Positions 35,125-47,714 of a stretch of DNA of 64,000 bases are shown in pieces (position 1 is the first letter of the stretch; each line of letters starts with the position of its first letter). Source of the stretch: Psilocybe cubensis (lineage: Eukaryota); NCBI GenBank assembly GCA_017499595.2, contig CM039008.1, forward strand, positions 2,728,001 to 2,792,000, read 5' to 3'. The notes under the pieces are model-generated. The model did no database searches and had not been told where the DNA came from. It saw only the letters and a list, made by a program, of their open reading frames with translations. The position numbers and the translations under genes are program-made.

Positions 35125-37893
35125 GAGTGGTACCTACCATCTTTTTGATAAAACAATAGCAAGTGTTAGCACACTCTTTTTATAACTGTTGATGGTTTTA
35201 TCACAAAGCAAAATAATGAGAAGACTGGTCTATTTCTCATAAGTTTACTTTGCTTTTTCAAAGCCTTTTTCATTAGATAATACCCTTCTTTCTCATTATC
35301 TTTAGGGCGCTTTTTCATTACCTTTTGATTAGATACTAGCCTGGTTATTTGATAAGATTGTTCTACATCAATATATCTTATCTTTGCTTGGTCATTTCTG
35401 ATGCCATGCCATCAAATCAGGAACACTGTGGGTACTTCTAGGCCATGTCTATCAATCCATCAAAGCTATTATTAAATAAACTTTTCTCTCCTCGGCCCCT
35501 TGGTCTATAAATAGTGCTCATCCTATGCTACTTTTGTGCATTGCTGGCAATGGATTGGGCGCTTTTGGGGGCATTTCTGGACCGTTTCCCTTGGTGTTTT
35601 TTGGTAGACCTATAGTTTTAAAGTGTCCCAATCTGAATATGAAATCAGAATTGCAATATCTTTACTCATTATTGTGCAATTAAGCGTACGATGTTTTGAT
35701 CAAAAAGCGCACCTTGAATAGCACCATCCAGGGGCTGGTATGCACCATTTTGACTATGCAATTATTTTTCATTTATAATAGACGGAGTACATGCCAAGTT
35801 TCAGATCAATTGGAGCAGTGGAACCTATTGAACTAGGATGTGCACCCTACCCCTCCTCCTACTCCTTGTACAAATGCCTTCCTGATCAGATAAATTTATG
35901 CCCAACCAGGGCTGGGTAGGCGTCCATTATACCAATTTTTAGAGCCCAAAATCTTGGTTCAATTCTAAGATTTAAGGGTACTACCCCCCATCCTCTCCAG
36001 AATTTGTATATTTTATTATGGGGTAGAATGGCCATTCCCAGCACATATAGGTATGTAAATCTGCTCTATATAGTACCACAGACGCAATACATATCTTTGA
36101 AGCATTCAGAGTGAAGGGGAACACCTTGGTTATGAGGCTAATAAAAAGGTATTGGATGTACAACATAATATGACCATATCACCACTTATACTTCACCAAA
36201 ATGCACATATCTTACATTCACAGATAGCTACTAAGGTCTTCTACATATTATATTCATACTGCCAAATGACCAGAACGCTTAACAAGATGGTACAAGAAGA
36301 AGAAGCATTGTTGTTCAAAAATGGAGGAAAAGCGAAATATGATGTAAAAGATAACACTTATAAAATACATAAACTATACGGCTGTGTAGCCCTAAATGAC
36401 ACCTATCTGTGGTATATAGACTCATGGAAATCCGATGAGTATGAGCTGAGATATGTCAAAATGTATCTCGGAGAAAGGCCAAAGAGGTGACCACAAACAA
36501 AGCATAAATAAAGGCCAATATCCATCCGGGTCTCTGATGGGTTCTTCAACACCTTTCTTTCCATATCTCAGCAACCACTGGTCCGATGCACAACATCCTT
36601 AATGTTCTGGAAAGCTGCATTTTGAGGCTATACTATCCTGCTTTTATATTTCCTGATCATAATCATTTATATATGGTAAATGCGAAAATACTATGCATTT
36701 TGATGAAGAATGGTATTCCCTCTGCAGCATCTCAGCTAATGGACGGATCTTTTTGCAGCCTAAGAAAGATATTTAGGGGGCAACTATAGGTATCTGTAGA
36801 CGTCAAGAATATGATTTATGACAATGTATTTGTAGAGATATGGCCTGATCAATAACCTACCATACCTATCCTCATACCCCCCCTTAAATCAGTATGTTCC
36901 CTTGTTGAAGAGGGCTTTTAAGGGTAAATTTTGGACTCTATGTACTGTTTGTAGTGGATCTACATGTCTTTCAATGGTCTGAGAGCCCATCCTATCCCAT
37001 AATAAAATACACAAGTTCTGGAGGGAGTAGGGGGTAGTACCCTTAAATCTTAGAATTGCACCAAGATTTTGGGCTCTAAAAATTGGTATAATGGACGCCT
37101 ACCCAGCCCTGGTTGGGCATAAATTTATCTGATCAGGAAGGCATTTGTACAAGGGGTAGGAGGAGGGGTAGGGTGCACATCCTAGTTCAATAGGTTCCAC
37201 TGCTCCAATTGATCTGAAACTTGGCATGTACTCCGTCTATTATAAATGAAAAATAATTGCATAGTCAAAATGGTGCATACCAGCCCCTGGATGGTGCTAT
37301 TCAAGGTGCGCTTTTTGATCAAAACATCGTACGCTTAATTGCACAATAATGAGTAAAGATATTGCAATTCTGATTTCATATTCAGATTGGGACACTTTAA
37401 AACTATAGGTCTACCAAAAAACACCAAGGGAAACGGTCCAGAAATGCCCCCAAAAGCGCCCAATCCATTGCCAGCAATGCACAAAAGTAGCATAGGATGA
37501 GCACTATTTATAGACCAAGGGGCCGAGGAGAGAAAAGTTTATTTAATAATAGCTTTGATGGATTGATAGACATGGCCTAGAAGTACCCACAGTGTTCCTG
37601 ATTTGATGGCATGGCATCAGAAATGACCAAGCAAAGATAAGATATATTGATGTAGAACAATCTTATCAAATAACCAGGCTAGTATCTAATCAAAAGGTAA
37701 TGAAAAAGCGCCCTAAAGATAATGAGAAAGAAGGGTATTATCTAATGAAAAAGGCTTTGAAAAAGCGAAGTAAACTTATGAGAAATAGACCAGTCTTCTC
37801 ATTATTTTGCTTTGTGATAAAACCATCAACAGTTATAAAAAGAGTGTGCTAACACTTGCTATTGTTTTATCATAAAAAGTGGTAGGGACTAGT
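35125..37893. mobile_element. Non-autonomous long-TIR (foldback-like) DNA element
   Basis: 8-bp TSD GCATAGCC (35117-35124, 37894-37901). Inverted arms of about 900 bp (about 35125-36037 and 36982-37893). AT-rich spacer of about 950 bp with no recognisable transposase. Confidence 0.93.
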
Positions 37894-37901
37894 GCATAGC
37901 C

Positions 37902-38081
37902 AAAATACTCGCTCACAGATCTCTACGAAGCGGCACCCAATTCCTCATTGTTCTCGACGGTTCTTCTGACGACGACGCTACGTGGTCCGACGCGTGCAAC
38001 TTTCATGATTCTGAAATCTTACTTAATTACATGCTCGAACACAACATCCCGCGCGCCGGCGGCCCTTTAAGGAGGGGGTGA
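37902..38081 (+). pseudogene. Separated C-terminal chromodomain-like segment of Gypsy Pol
   Basis: Removing the insertion and one TSD restores the frame: ...SPGIA|KILAHRSLRSGTQFLIVLDGSSDDDATWSDACNFHDSEILLNYMLEHNIPRAGGPLRRG*, with TGA at 38079-38081 next to the 3' LTR. Confidence 0.85.
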
Positions 38082-38263
38082 TGTTAGAGTAGGACACCCA
38101 CTCTAACAGTAGACACCCTCACGTGCCTCCGTGACACACTCGTAGCTACTTAGTCGCTCCCAGTAGCTACGTAGATCCCAGTTCCTTCTTTGTTTCTGTA
38201 CCCATCAACACGCTTTTGCCTTCACTTTCCGTTCCTCGTCCCCTGTTGGGTCTGCTCCTAACA
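38082..38263 (+). repeat. Gypsy 3' LTR
   Basis: Direct repeat of 29037-29218, preceded by the PPT and followed by the TSD. Confidence 0.95.
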
Positions 38264-38710
38264 GTGGTGCTGTACAAACGCAAGATCTTGAATAGCCTTG
38301 ACGTTTGACTTCGACGAGGAGGGATGCAGATTTCACATTTCATAGCAGCACCCCATAAATTATAGAAGTTTCAAAGATGTGCGTGAACGTCAGATGGGAG
38401 CAGATGGCGGGGGATGTGAATGCCGCTGAGAAGGCGTATATATATGCTTTGCATACTGCTTGCTGCGGTGATAGTGTTTGGTGAGGATGTTATATAATAC
38501 TCTTCAAATGAAGGATGTGGTTCGTTCGAGGCTGGATGTCGGCCAGATGCAGGACATCCCATAACCAAACAGACTCATTGAGACAAGCATCAGCGACGTG
38601 AGGTGCCGATTGGAGTCAAGATGCCACAAAATTCATCGACATATATTACAAAATAGAATGCCCAAGCGGCTCATTTGCAGCAGCACAGCCTGTGTACTCG
38701 TAGAGGTAGG

Positions 38711-38750
38711 TGGGGGACAGTGGGGGACAGTGGGGACAGTGGGGGACGGG
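38711..38750. repeat. G-rich tandem repeat (TGGGGGACAG, about 4 copies)
   Basis: tgggggacag tgggggacag tggggacag tgggggacggg. Confidence 0.75.
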
Positions 38751-39858
38751 ATGAACTCCCGCAAATTGACGGAAAGGAAACCATGTGCGTGTGATCTGAC
38801 CATGTGAAAAAAATGCAAGTTACGTAATTGGTCTGGGTCAGGAGGATGTCAATCTGGTCGACGACAACGATGACGATGACGACGACCACAGTGTACCCAC
38901 TGTACTTACACAGAGCGATGCTCACAACGATGGTCCTCGGAAATTTGACGTGAACATTTTCAGCTAACAGCTAACATCAAACTTCTGGCGTACAATCAAA
39001 GGAAAAAGGGGTGGAGAACCGAGATAAGCAGAGCGGATCCTGTCTGCCTCTGTCCGTCTACTCGCTCAGATCAGAACTCGCACGACGAAGATGTAAAGTG
39101 TAGCTAGTACATGTGGGTACGCGGGTGAACGGAGACGGAATGAACGCTGAACATGAACAGCCACGGCGGGTCCCACTCCCAGATGTTCGGGAGAGGTTCC
39201 GGAAATGAATTTCTGTGACCTTTCGGGTGTCGGGTTTTGTGTAGTCCGGATCGGGGGTTGTGGGAAGGCATCTGTCTTTCGAGGTTCGAGAGACAGTCAG
39301 TCGTTTCTGGTTATCCTTTTGCGTTTGCTTGAACAAAGTTACATGTATGATGCTCGATTTTACGGTATGTAATGTGACTATATACTTCCTCAGAAAGAGT
39401 TTTATGATATGCTGTTAACTGTGATTTATCTAGGTTTGTTCGTCGAGAGCCCCCAAGTCAATCATCGTATTGTAGCAAAAGTATATGAGCTCAGACGGAT
39501 ACGAAGGTAAACGGCTGATATTGAAAGTACCTATTGTAGCAAAAGTATATGAGCTACATAAGTACGATAGTAAGAACTTTGTAATAAAATATATGAAGTA
39601 ACAAAAAGGCTAACCTCAGACGGATACGAAGGTAAACGGCTGAGGTTAGATGATTGAATGGAATGAGAAAAATACCACATTGCGGGATGCACCGCAATGT
39701 GTGGCTTCTACTATACAGTTCCAAGAGAATGAGATGTAGCGAGCACATGTGTGCACCGCGAGTGAAAAATGAAAGAAATGGTGTCTATATAAGGCAGGCA
39801 GTAATCACCGTGACTCGGTCGTCCGAATGTCTCAACACTCCCCTCAATCGAACAACCG

Positions 39859-41841
39859 TCAGTCAGCAAGTCCCATCAAGATAATTTGTTGTTCCGTAGC
39901 GTCGCGAGAGAGTGGTTTTGTGAGAATGTCCGCTAGGTTGTCTTCGGAAGGGATATGGACAACTTTGATTTCACCGTCCCCTACTCGTTCGCGTATGTAA
40001 TGGTATCGGATTTGAATATGTTTTGCTCTCTTGTGACCCTTTGCATTCTCCGTAAGAGCAATAGAACCAGTATTGTCATTGAATAGGATCGATGGATTGT
40101 CCTGTGGTAACCCTGCTTCACTCATGAACGATGACATCCAAACCGATTGTTGACACGCTCTACTGAGTGACATGTATTCGGCTTCGGTTGTCGAGAGTGC
40201 TACTGTTTCTTGTCGTTTGGAGCTCCAAGATACCGGCCCTCCTGCCATCATGAAAAGGTATGCTCCTGTCGATCTTCCGGTATCTAGTAAATCACCTGCG
40301 TAATCGGCGTCTACAAATCCGTATGGTTTGAGTCCGTCGTCAGATCCACGTAAGTAACTCAGCTTGTAGTTGAGTGTGCCTTTGATGTAGGCCAGCACAT
40401 GCATAAGTGCTTTCCAGTGCGCTGGGCCAGGGTTTATCTGGAATCGTGCGAGAAGATTGACAGCAAACAAAAGGTCAGGGCGAGTAGCGACTTGTGCCCA
40501 CATGATACCGCCTAGGACTTCTCTGTACGGTTTGTCTTGCATATAAAATTTTTGCTCGTCGGTTTCCGCGCAGTCTTTGAGTGAGAGATCGATTCCGAGT
40601 GGTAATGGTGTGTATTTGGGGTTGCAATCCCACATGTTGTGTCGTTTTAATAGTTTTTCAAGGTATGATCGTTGGGAAAGTGTAATCGTGCCCGTTGTTT
40701 TGTTCTTTTCCATCCGTAGACCCAAAATCGATCAACCTGTTGTTTCATCTTCCTCCACCCTCTTCACCTCGTATGCATCCTCCAACTCCCCTATTGCCTT
40801 CATCTTCTCTTCCTGCGATGTCGATCCACCCACTACATCATCTGTATATGTGACATTTAACGTATATTGGCCGTTGAGGACACGATGTCGTACGCATGGG
40901 TCCGCTCTCGATTTGTAGTAACCCAATGCATCATAGGTACCGGACAATTCTTTTTCCCAGTCGTGAGCCCCTGCCATCATCCCGTACACGGTTTTGTTGG
41001 CACGATATACCAGATGTTCCTCCCCTGTGGCAATGAAACCGGGTGCTTGCTCAGTGTATACATCGAACTTGTTTTCGCTGTTCAGATATGCCGCAACAAA
41101 ATCGACCTGCCATAGCTCCAGATTAAGGTGAGCAATGATTGCTATACACATCCGCATCGATTCCAGTCGGGCAACGGAAGCGTATGTCTGGTCGAAATCG
41201 ACACCTGGAATCTGGTTGTACCCGAGTGCAACAAGTCGAGCTTTCAACTTCGAGATGTTGCCGTCTGCGTCATATTTGAACCCATAGACCCATTTCAGTC
41301 CGATAACCTTTCGATCTTTCGGTCTCTCGACTTTGCTAAACACTCCACGTCGTACCATAACTGCCATCTCTGCTTCCATTGCCGGTTGCCACATATCCGG
41401 ATTTCTTATTGCGTCGTTGTACGATTTTGGGAGGTATGTGTTATTGTCATATTCTGCCATGAGCGCAATGTAAGAATCTAGATCGCTTTGGAAGTTTTCG
41501 AGGTGTTGGGATTGGAAGTCAGCGACATCTAGGTCCATATCATATCCAGGAGATGCGAGTACAAAATTTGCCTTTGGTTCATCATTTGCCCACTCCTCCC
41601 CTCTTTCCATAGCTTCCACAACTCTCCTTTCCGAGGCTTCAGATTGTTTCGCCGCTTCCGTGGTCCTAGTAAGTCGTGTCGATCTTCTGATTACTTGTGG
41701 GGGCAATTGATCTGTAGGTTTTGCATTGTGTGTTGATGTGGTTGTTTTTGTACAATCAGGGGGCATGGTATTATTCTGTGGTCCAAAACGATGTCGAGGA
41801 GCGATGGGATATGGTGTGTTCATGGGTCTATTGCTCGGTGG
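39859..41841 (-). pseudogene. pol: Copia A RT/RNase H portion
   Basis: KARLVALGYNQIPGVDF, QVDFVAAYLN, YTDD, FVDADYAG, SSKRQETVALSTTEAEY, ADILTK. In-frame TGA at 40732-40734. Confidence 0.92.
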
Positions 41842-44800
41842 TGTTGAACGACTATTATTAATAAAGTTCACGTTCGACCGTGTGACTCTCAGAGTCATAT
41901 GATAAGTCATGTGAATAGATTACTAAGTAGATAGATGACTAAGTACTATACAGTAGTTACTGTCACTAGTCACATGTAACGCACTCTAGGTGTATATAAG
42001 GGCGACACTAGTGCCCTCTAATGACAAGCGGTTTTAACAACCCACTTGAGTAGCTACAACTCAAGTAACACGACCCAAAGGGTAAGTATTAAGTCAAGTC
42101 CTTAGCCACTGCGTACATAGACTGTGTAGAGTAGTCTTGGGCACATTATGCTGCTCAACAGGTTATGGGCCCCGTAGCCATAACGACGCAGGCTTGTTAG
42201 CCTTGCTGTCGACGGCACTGGCCTAGGGACAAACTTGCCCCATGCTGCTCTGAAAGATAACGCCTATTTTGGCGATCTAGATGAGTGTGCAAAAGATCTT
42301 AATCTCGATTGGATCTTAGATCTGATCTTGAGATTGATTGGGCCTGACCAGCCCAACTGTTTCCTTCTATTTTAAGTTCAGGATGTGAGAAAAGCCTTGC
42401 TGACTTATTCTTGTCACAGGCTCAAGCTTTAAGCGCACTAAGAATGTCTTCCAAAGCAACCGTATCTGTTTCCGAATTCCCCAAATTCGATGGTTCTAAC
42501 TATCGTAAATGGGCTGACAAAATGCTTCCCATATTCCTCCTGACTGGCGTTGATGGGGTTATTTCTGGAGATGTCGTGGCCCCTTCTCCAATTGAAGGAG
42601 AGCCTGCATTCCCATCCCCTGTTGCTCCGGCAACAACTGTTAACGCAGCTCAAATTGAGCTGTGGAAAATCCAATTCCAACGCTGGTCGCAAAGATCTTC
42701 GTCGTTTGAAAAAGCGATGAAAGACTTTAAGGAGCAGAATTCCAAGGCACTAGGTGTCATCGTGAATTCCTTGATCCCATCTATTTGGGAAACAGTCAAG
42801 GGAAAGACCGCGAAGGGGGCATGGGATGATCTGAAAGCAAAATACGATAAAGTTCAATTTGTTGAAGTGATGGAGGACTTTAAACGTCTGACCACCTTCA
42901 AATTTGATCTTTTGGATCCTACCCCTCAGCTGGCCCGTTTCAGAGCCATCTACGAGCATGTCAAAAAGGTCGAAAATGCGGATCTAGTATCCGAGACCAT
43001 GGCATGTCTCATCTTATTCTCACGTTTACCCCTTGCGGTATCGCCCAATCAACCGCCCTCCATATATCAAGACCTTATTAATGATTATGGAGACAAGACC
43101 AAGATTGACGACATGAAGCTGGAGGCTATCTCCGCTGATATCCGCAATCGTTGGGGAGCGCGGTTTGGTAATCTGGATGACAGGCAAAAGCCTAAAAAGG
43201 GTACGACATATGACCCTAAGCCTGCACCAAAGACCGGCCCTTCCCGGGCACCGCAACAGTCGGCTGAACGCAATACTGTGATCCGACCAAAAGGGGAACA
43301 CCCTCACTATCATCCTTCAAAGACCCCTAATCAGGGACAGTCTCAGGGTGATAATCAGGAGAAGAGAATTCGTAAGCGTGCCCCACGAGGCAAAGGCAAG
43401 CAGCGTGCACAAGGCAATACAGCCTTAGCGGATGATGTCTTTATGGCATCAACATTGACGGTTCTCGAACCGGCAATTCCAGCTCCCACCACGTCAAGGA
43501 TCATCGAGATCAACGGTAGAGGAAGTATCTCCTCCCGTACCTCTGCTCCGGCTGGGCCCTGGAGAAATCCGGACACACGCATGGCGCCATACCCGGCTCC
43601 TGCTGCCGCACGCAGCCTAGCTTCCAGAATTGGTGTAAAGCCTACTTTGCAGGCACTCCAGATCATGGAAAGCGTTGCCACGAGCAGCTTACAAATTCCT
43701 TCGGATGTCTCCCTCGTAGAAAGGTTGAAGACTCCGTCCGTCAACTCTGAAACTATTGACAATCACATGGTCGTTGATGGTGAGATCACATCTCCGGAGA
43801 TCGAAAAGCTTAATAATGAGCTATTTGGACCGGAACCAAAGCAATGGGGTGATATCCCAAACTTTGATGATCAGAGAGAACGGTCTCCTGATGTTCCTAT
43901 TGAGGAACGTGTGGATTACGGAGAAGACAATGAGGATCTCTATGATGGTTACTACGATGACCATTTCGTTGATAGGCAAGTAAGTTCTAGTTCTAGAAAT
44001 TGGACCATAAATAACGCTGAGATTCCCACAGGGACTACCCCATCTAGAGACGACAACGACTCAACAGTCGACCGGCCGGAGGAGGAGGAGTTCCCTGTAG
44101 ATATTTACTACTCATTTGTACATGATGTATACCAAAAATATCTATCTCATTTCGCGTGTTGTCCAGATTGCAAAGGAAAAGGAACTGAAAAACCCAAAAA
44201 GGGGAAAGAAGCCATAACGGCTTGGTTAATGGACAGTGGTGCTAGTGTGCACTTTACTGGCGATAAGTCTGATTTCGCAAGTTACCAAGACTTTGCTGAG
44301 AATAATCGACCTATTTCGCAAACTGCCACTACCACAGTGCCTATCACCGGTTTTGGAACAGTCTTCGTAGAAGTGGTTTCACACTCCGAGGATCTGGGAC
44401 ATGAAGTCTGCCGACTCCATCCTGTTCTATACATGGAACAATTACATGTCCGATTAATGTCGATGGGACAACTCCTGTCATCCGGCATGACCATAGAAGG
44501 AACAGCTAAAGTCCTTCGGTTCTTTGATTTGCCTAAAAAATCATATGGCCTGCAAGCCAGGGCAGATTCAATTGAATCGAACAGACATCCAATGTATTGG
44601 GTGCATACGCGCATTGTCTCTGGAAAAGACATTAGCACGTTATCTTCGACTCTTCAAGAGTCAAGTGACCTTTGGCATCGACGCCTTGGTCATCCCTCTG
44701 ACAATGTTCTAAGACATTTTAGGGACTCCACTAAGAACTTTCCCAAAATAAGTGTACCCAAGGACAAAAATGTCTGTGAAGGCTGCGCAAAGGGAAAAAT

Positions 44801-47714
44801 GACTGATAAGTCATATGACGAAAACCCCAAACGCGCGAAGAAGCCTTTTGATCGTATTCATTGTGATCTCAAGACATTTTCTGTTTATTCCTACCAGAAG
44901 TGTAAATACTTCATGTCCTTTTTGGACGACCACACCCCACACGTATGGCTCTACTTTCTTAAAAAGAAGAGTGATGCCGCTGCGGCTGTGAATTCTTTCG
45001 AGAAAATGGTGGAAAAACAGTACGGTACCTCCGTCAAAGAATACTTCTTTGATAATGGCGGAGAATTCGTTAGTACCGAGTTCTTGGAACGGCTACAAAA
45101 TGCCGGTACACGTGCCTGCTTTACAGCTCCCTATGCTCATCAGAGCAATGGTCGAGCTGAAAGACTAAACAGGACAATTATGGAAAAGTCTGAAGCGATG
45201 AGGCATTATGCCTGTCTACCGGATAGCTGGTGGCAATTTTGCTGTGCCCACGCTGTCTTCCTATACAATAGGACTCCGGTAAAACGCATCGAGTGGAAGA
45301 CACCCCATCAGGCCCTTAAGGGGGAGTTACCGAGCCCACGGTCCGCCAGTCCTCCAAGTTCTATGCCAGGGCCTAGTTCACGTCCTCCTCGTGACGATGA
45401 CGATGATCAGGATGACGATCAGGGATACGTAACACCTCCCACGTCAAATCAAAGACCAAAAATGCCTGATACACCTGTCAAGCCTCCGCCCAGAAGGTCG
45501 GATAGAACTCGGAAAGTACCAGAGCGGGAAGGCAATGTTTACCGACCCGGAACAACAACCAATAAAGATCGACGTAAGAAGCTGCAGACTGTTTCACACG
45601 GAGTGGCATCCGTCCCTGATTACGTGCCACTTACTCGATCTAGTAGCAATCGCAATGTTGAATCTGGTATCCCTAATTCAGGGACGGAAGGGGGAGTAGC
45701 AAACAGTCTTTTCGCGACATTACTTTCCAAACGGGTCTGCAAAATTATCTGCGCTGCTGATTATGGTCTCACAAAGGATGTCCGTGACTGGACCCTGCGT
45801 GATTTGCTAAAATTACCAGCTGACCAACAGAAGGAATAGAGACAAGCCATGAAAGACGAGTTAGAGGTCCTCGTCAAAAGAGAGGTCTATGAGCTTGTCG
45901 ATCTCCCTAATGGCCAAAAAGCCATCAAATGCAGATGGGTCTACGACATCAAAACTGATGGTTGGAAAAAGGCTCGTCTGGTAGCCAAAGGCTTCTTACA
46001 GATAGAAGGCCTAGACTACGATGAGTTATTCTCACCTGTGGTCATGCTACCAAGTGTTCGCACAATATTTGCCCTTGCCGCACTCGAAGGGTGGAAAGTC
46101 TGGTCCCTTGACGTCATATCGGCCTTCCTTTATGGGCCGTTAGACGAGGAGATATATATGGAACAGCCTGAGGGCTTTGTTCTAAAGGGACAGGAGAAGA
46201 AAGTACTCCGGCTTAAAAAGGCAATTTATGGGCTCAAACAAGCCGCACGTGCATGGTGGTTCGAGCTAGACAGAAGTCTAAAAGAGCTTGGATTCACCAG
46301 ATTATACTCGGACGCCGGCATCTTCATCTCACGTCATACCGACGGCACGTTAGCAATAATGTTTGCCTATGTCGACGACATCCAGATCACCGGACCTAAC
46401 TCCGAACTCTCACGACAGAAGAAAGATCTCTTTATGAAGAAGTGGGATTGCCGGGATCTCGGAGAATCACGGGAGTTTCTCCGTATGGCTATTGATTATA
46501 AAGACGGCAAAATCCTCTTGAGTCAAGCCAACTATTTGGAGAAGGTTCTAACTCGGTTTGGCATGAGCGATGCTAAAGCTGCTAGAACTCCCTTACCCAC
46601 GGGCTATCGCCCAATGCCGTTTGATGGTACTAGTTCGGCACAACTTCGCTCGCAGTACCAATCAGTGATTGGTTCCTTGCTTTACCTAATGCTTGGAACT
46701 AGACCTGATATTGCCTATGCAGTGACTCAGATGGCAAAGTTTGCTTCCAATCCGTCTGAAGACCACATGAACAAGGCTAAATATATTATGCGGTACCTTG
46801 TTGGCACACGCAAATATGCCTTAGTTTATGATGGGAAGTCTCGCGCAGGCCTATATGCCTATTGTGACGCCTCTTATGGAGATGACCAATCAGAGCTCGA
46901 CCTTAAGCGTCGGTCTGCACAAGGTTACTTCTTTAGCTTGGCAAATGCTGCGGTCATGTGGAAATCACAGACACAGAAGTTAGTCTCGACGTCGTCTACT
47001 ATGAGTAAATACATGGCACTCTCCGACTGCGCCAAAGATTGCGCATGGATTAAAAATCTATTTGCGGAACTGGCCAAACCAATTTCCCACGTCCCAGTCT
47101 ATGCGGACTCACATGGTGCAATATTCAACGCGCAGAATCCCGTGACACAAAAAGGGATTAAGCACGTGGAGATTCGCTATCATTACATACGGGAACAAAT
47201 AGAGCAAGGCACACTCAAATTATATGCAGTTCCGACTGCTGATAACGTTGCCGATATGTTTACCAAGAATCTAGGTCCTGATCTATTCTTGAAACATAGA
47301 TCCGCTCTTGGCCTTGAGTTTTACCCGCTAGATTAGTCCGTTCATGAAAACAAGTAGAGTCCCGCCTTATGGCGCGCGCACCACTTGAAGGGGAGTGTTG
47401 AACGACTATTATTAATAAAGTTCACGTTCGACCGTGTGACTCTCAGAGTCATATGATAAGTCATGTGAATAGATTACTAAGTAGATAGATGACTAAGTAC
47501 TATACAGTAGTTACTGTCACTAGTCACATGTAACACACTCTAGGTGTATATAAGGGCGACGCTAGTGCCCTCTAATGACAAGCGGTTTTAACAACCCACT
47601 CGAGTAGCTACAACTCAAGTAACACGACCCAAAGGGTAAGTATTAAGTCAAGTCCTTAGCCACTGCGTACATAGACTGTGTAGAGTAGTCTTGGGCACAT
47701 TATGCTGCTCAACA
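41842..47714 (+). mobile_element. Ty1/copia LTR retrotransposon B nested in copia A
   Basis: 319-bp TG...CA LTRs at 41842-42160 and 47396-47714 with 3 differences; TSD GGTGG (41837-41841, 47715-47719); PBS GGTTATGGGCCCC; PPT GAAGGGGAG. Confidence 0.97.
42444..47336 (+). pseudogene. gag-pol: Copia B gag-pol polyprotein, decayed
   Basis: KFDGSNY, WLMDSGASVH protease, WHRRLGH...CEGC, DNGGEF and SNGRAER integrase, YVDD RT, YCDASYG RNase H. In-frame TAG at 45837-45839. The usual LRVFGC/SH3-like segment is missing after KGELP (about 45330). Confidence 0.92.

Larger units (their letters stand above)
29037..38263 (+). mobile_element. Ty3/Gypsy LTR retrotransposon (chromovirus), full length, interrupted by a TIR element
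   Basis: 182-bp TG...CA LTRs at 29037-29218 and 38082-38263 with 4 differences by eye; 5-bp TSD GTGGT (29032-29036, 38264-38268); PPT AAGGAGGGGGTGA; order gag, PR-RT-RH-IN-chromodomain. Confidence 0.97.

Noticed and set aside
36152-36789. Transposase inside the foldback element
   Set aside because: Only short AT-rich ORFs with no DDE or zinc-finger motifs.
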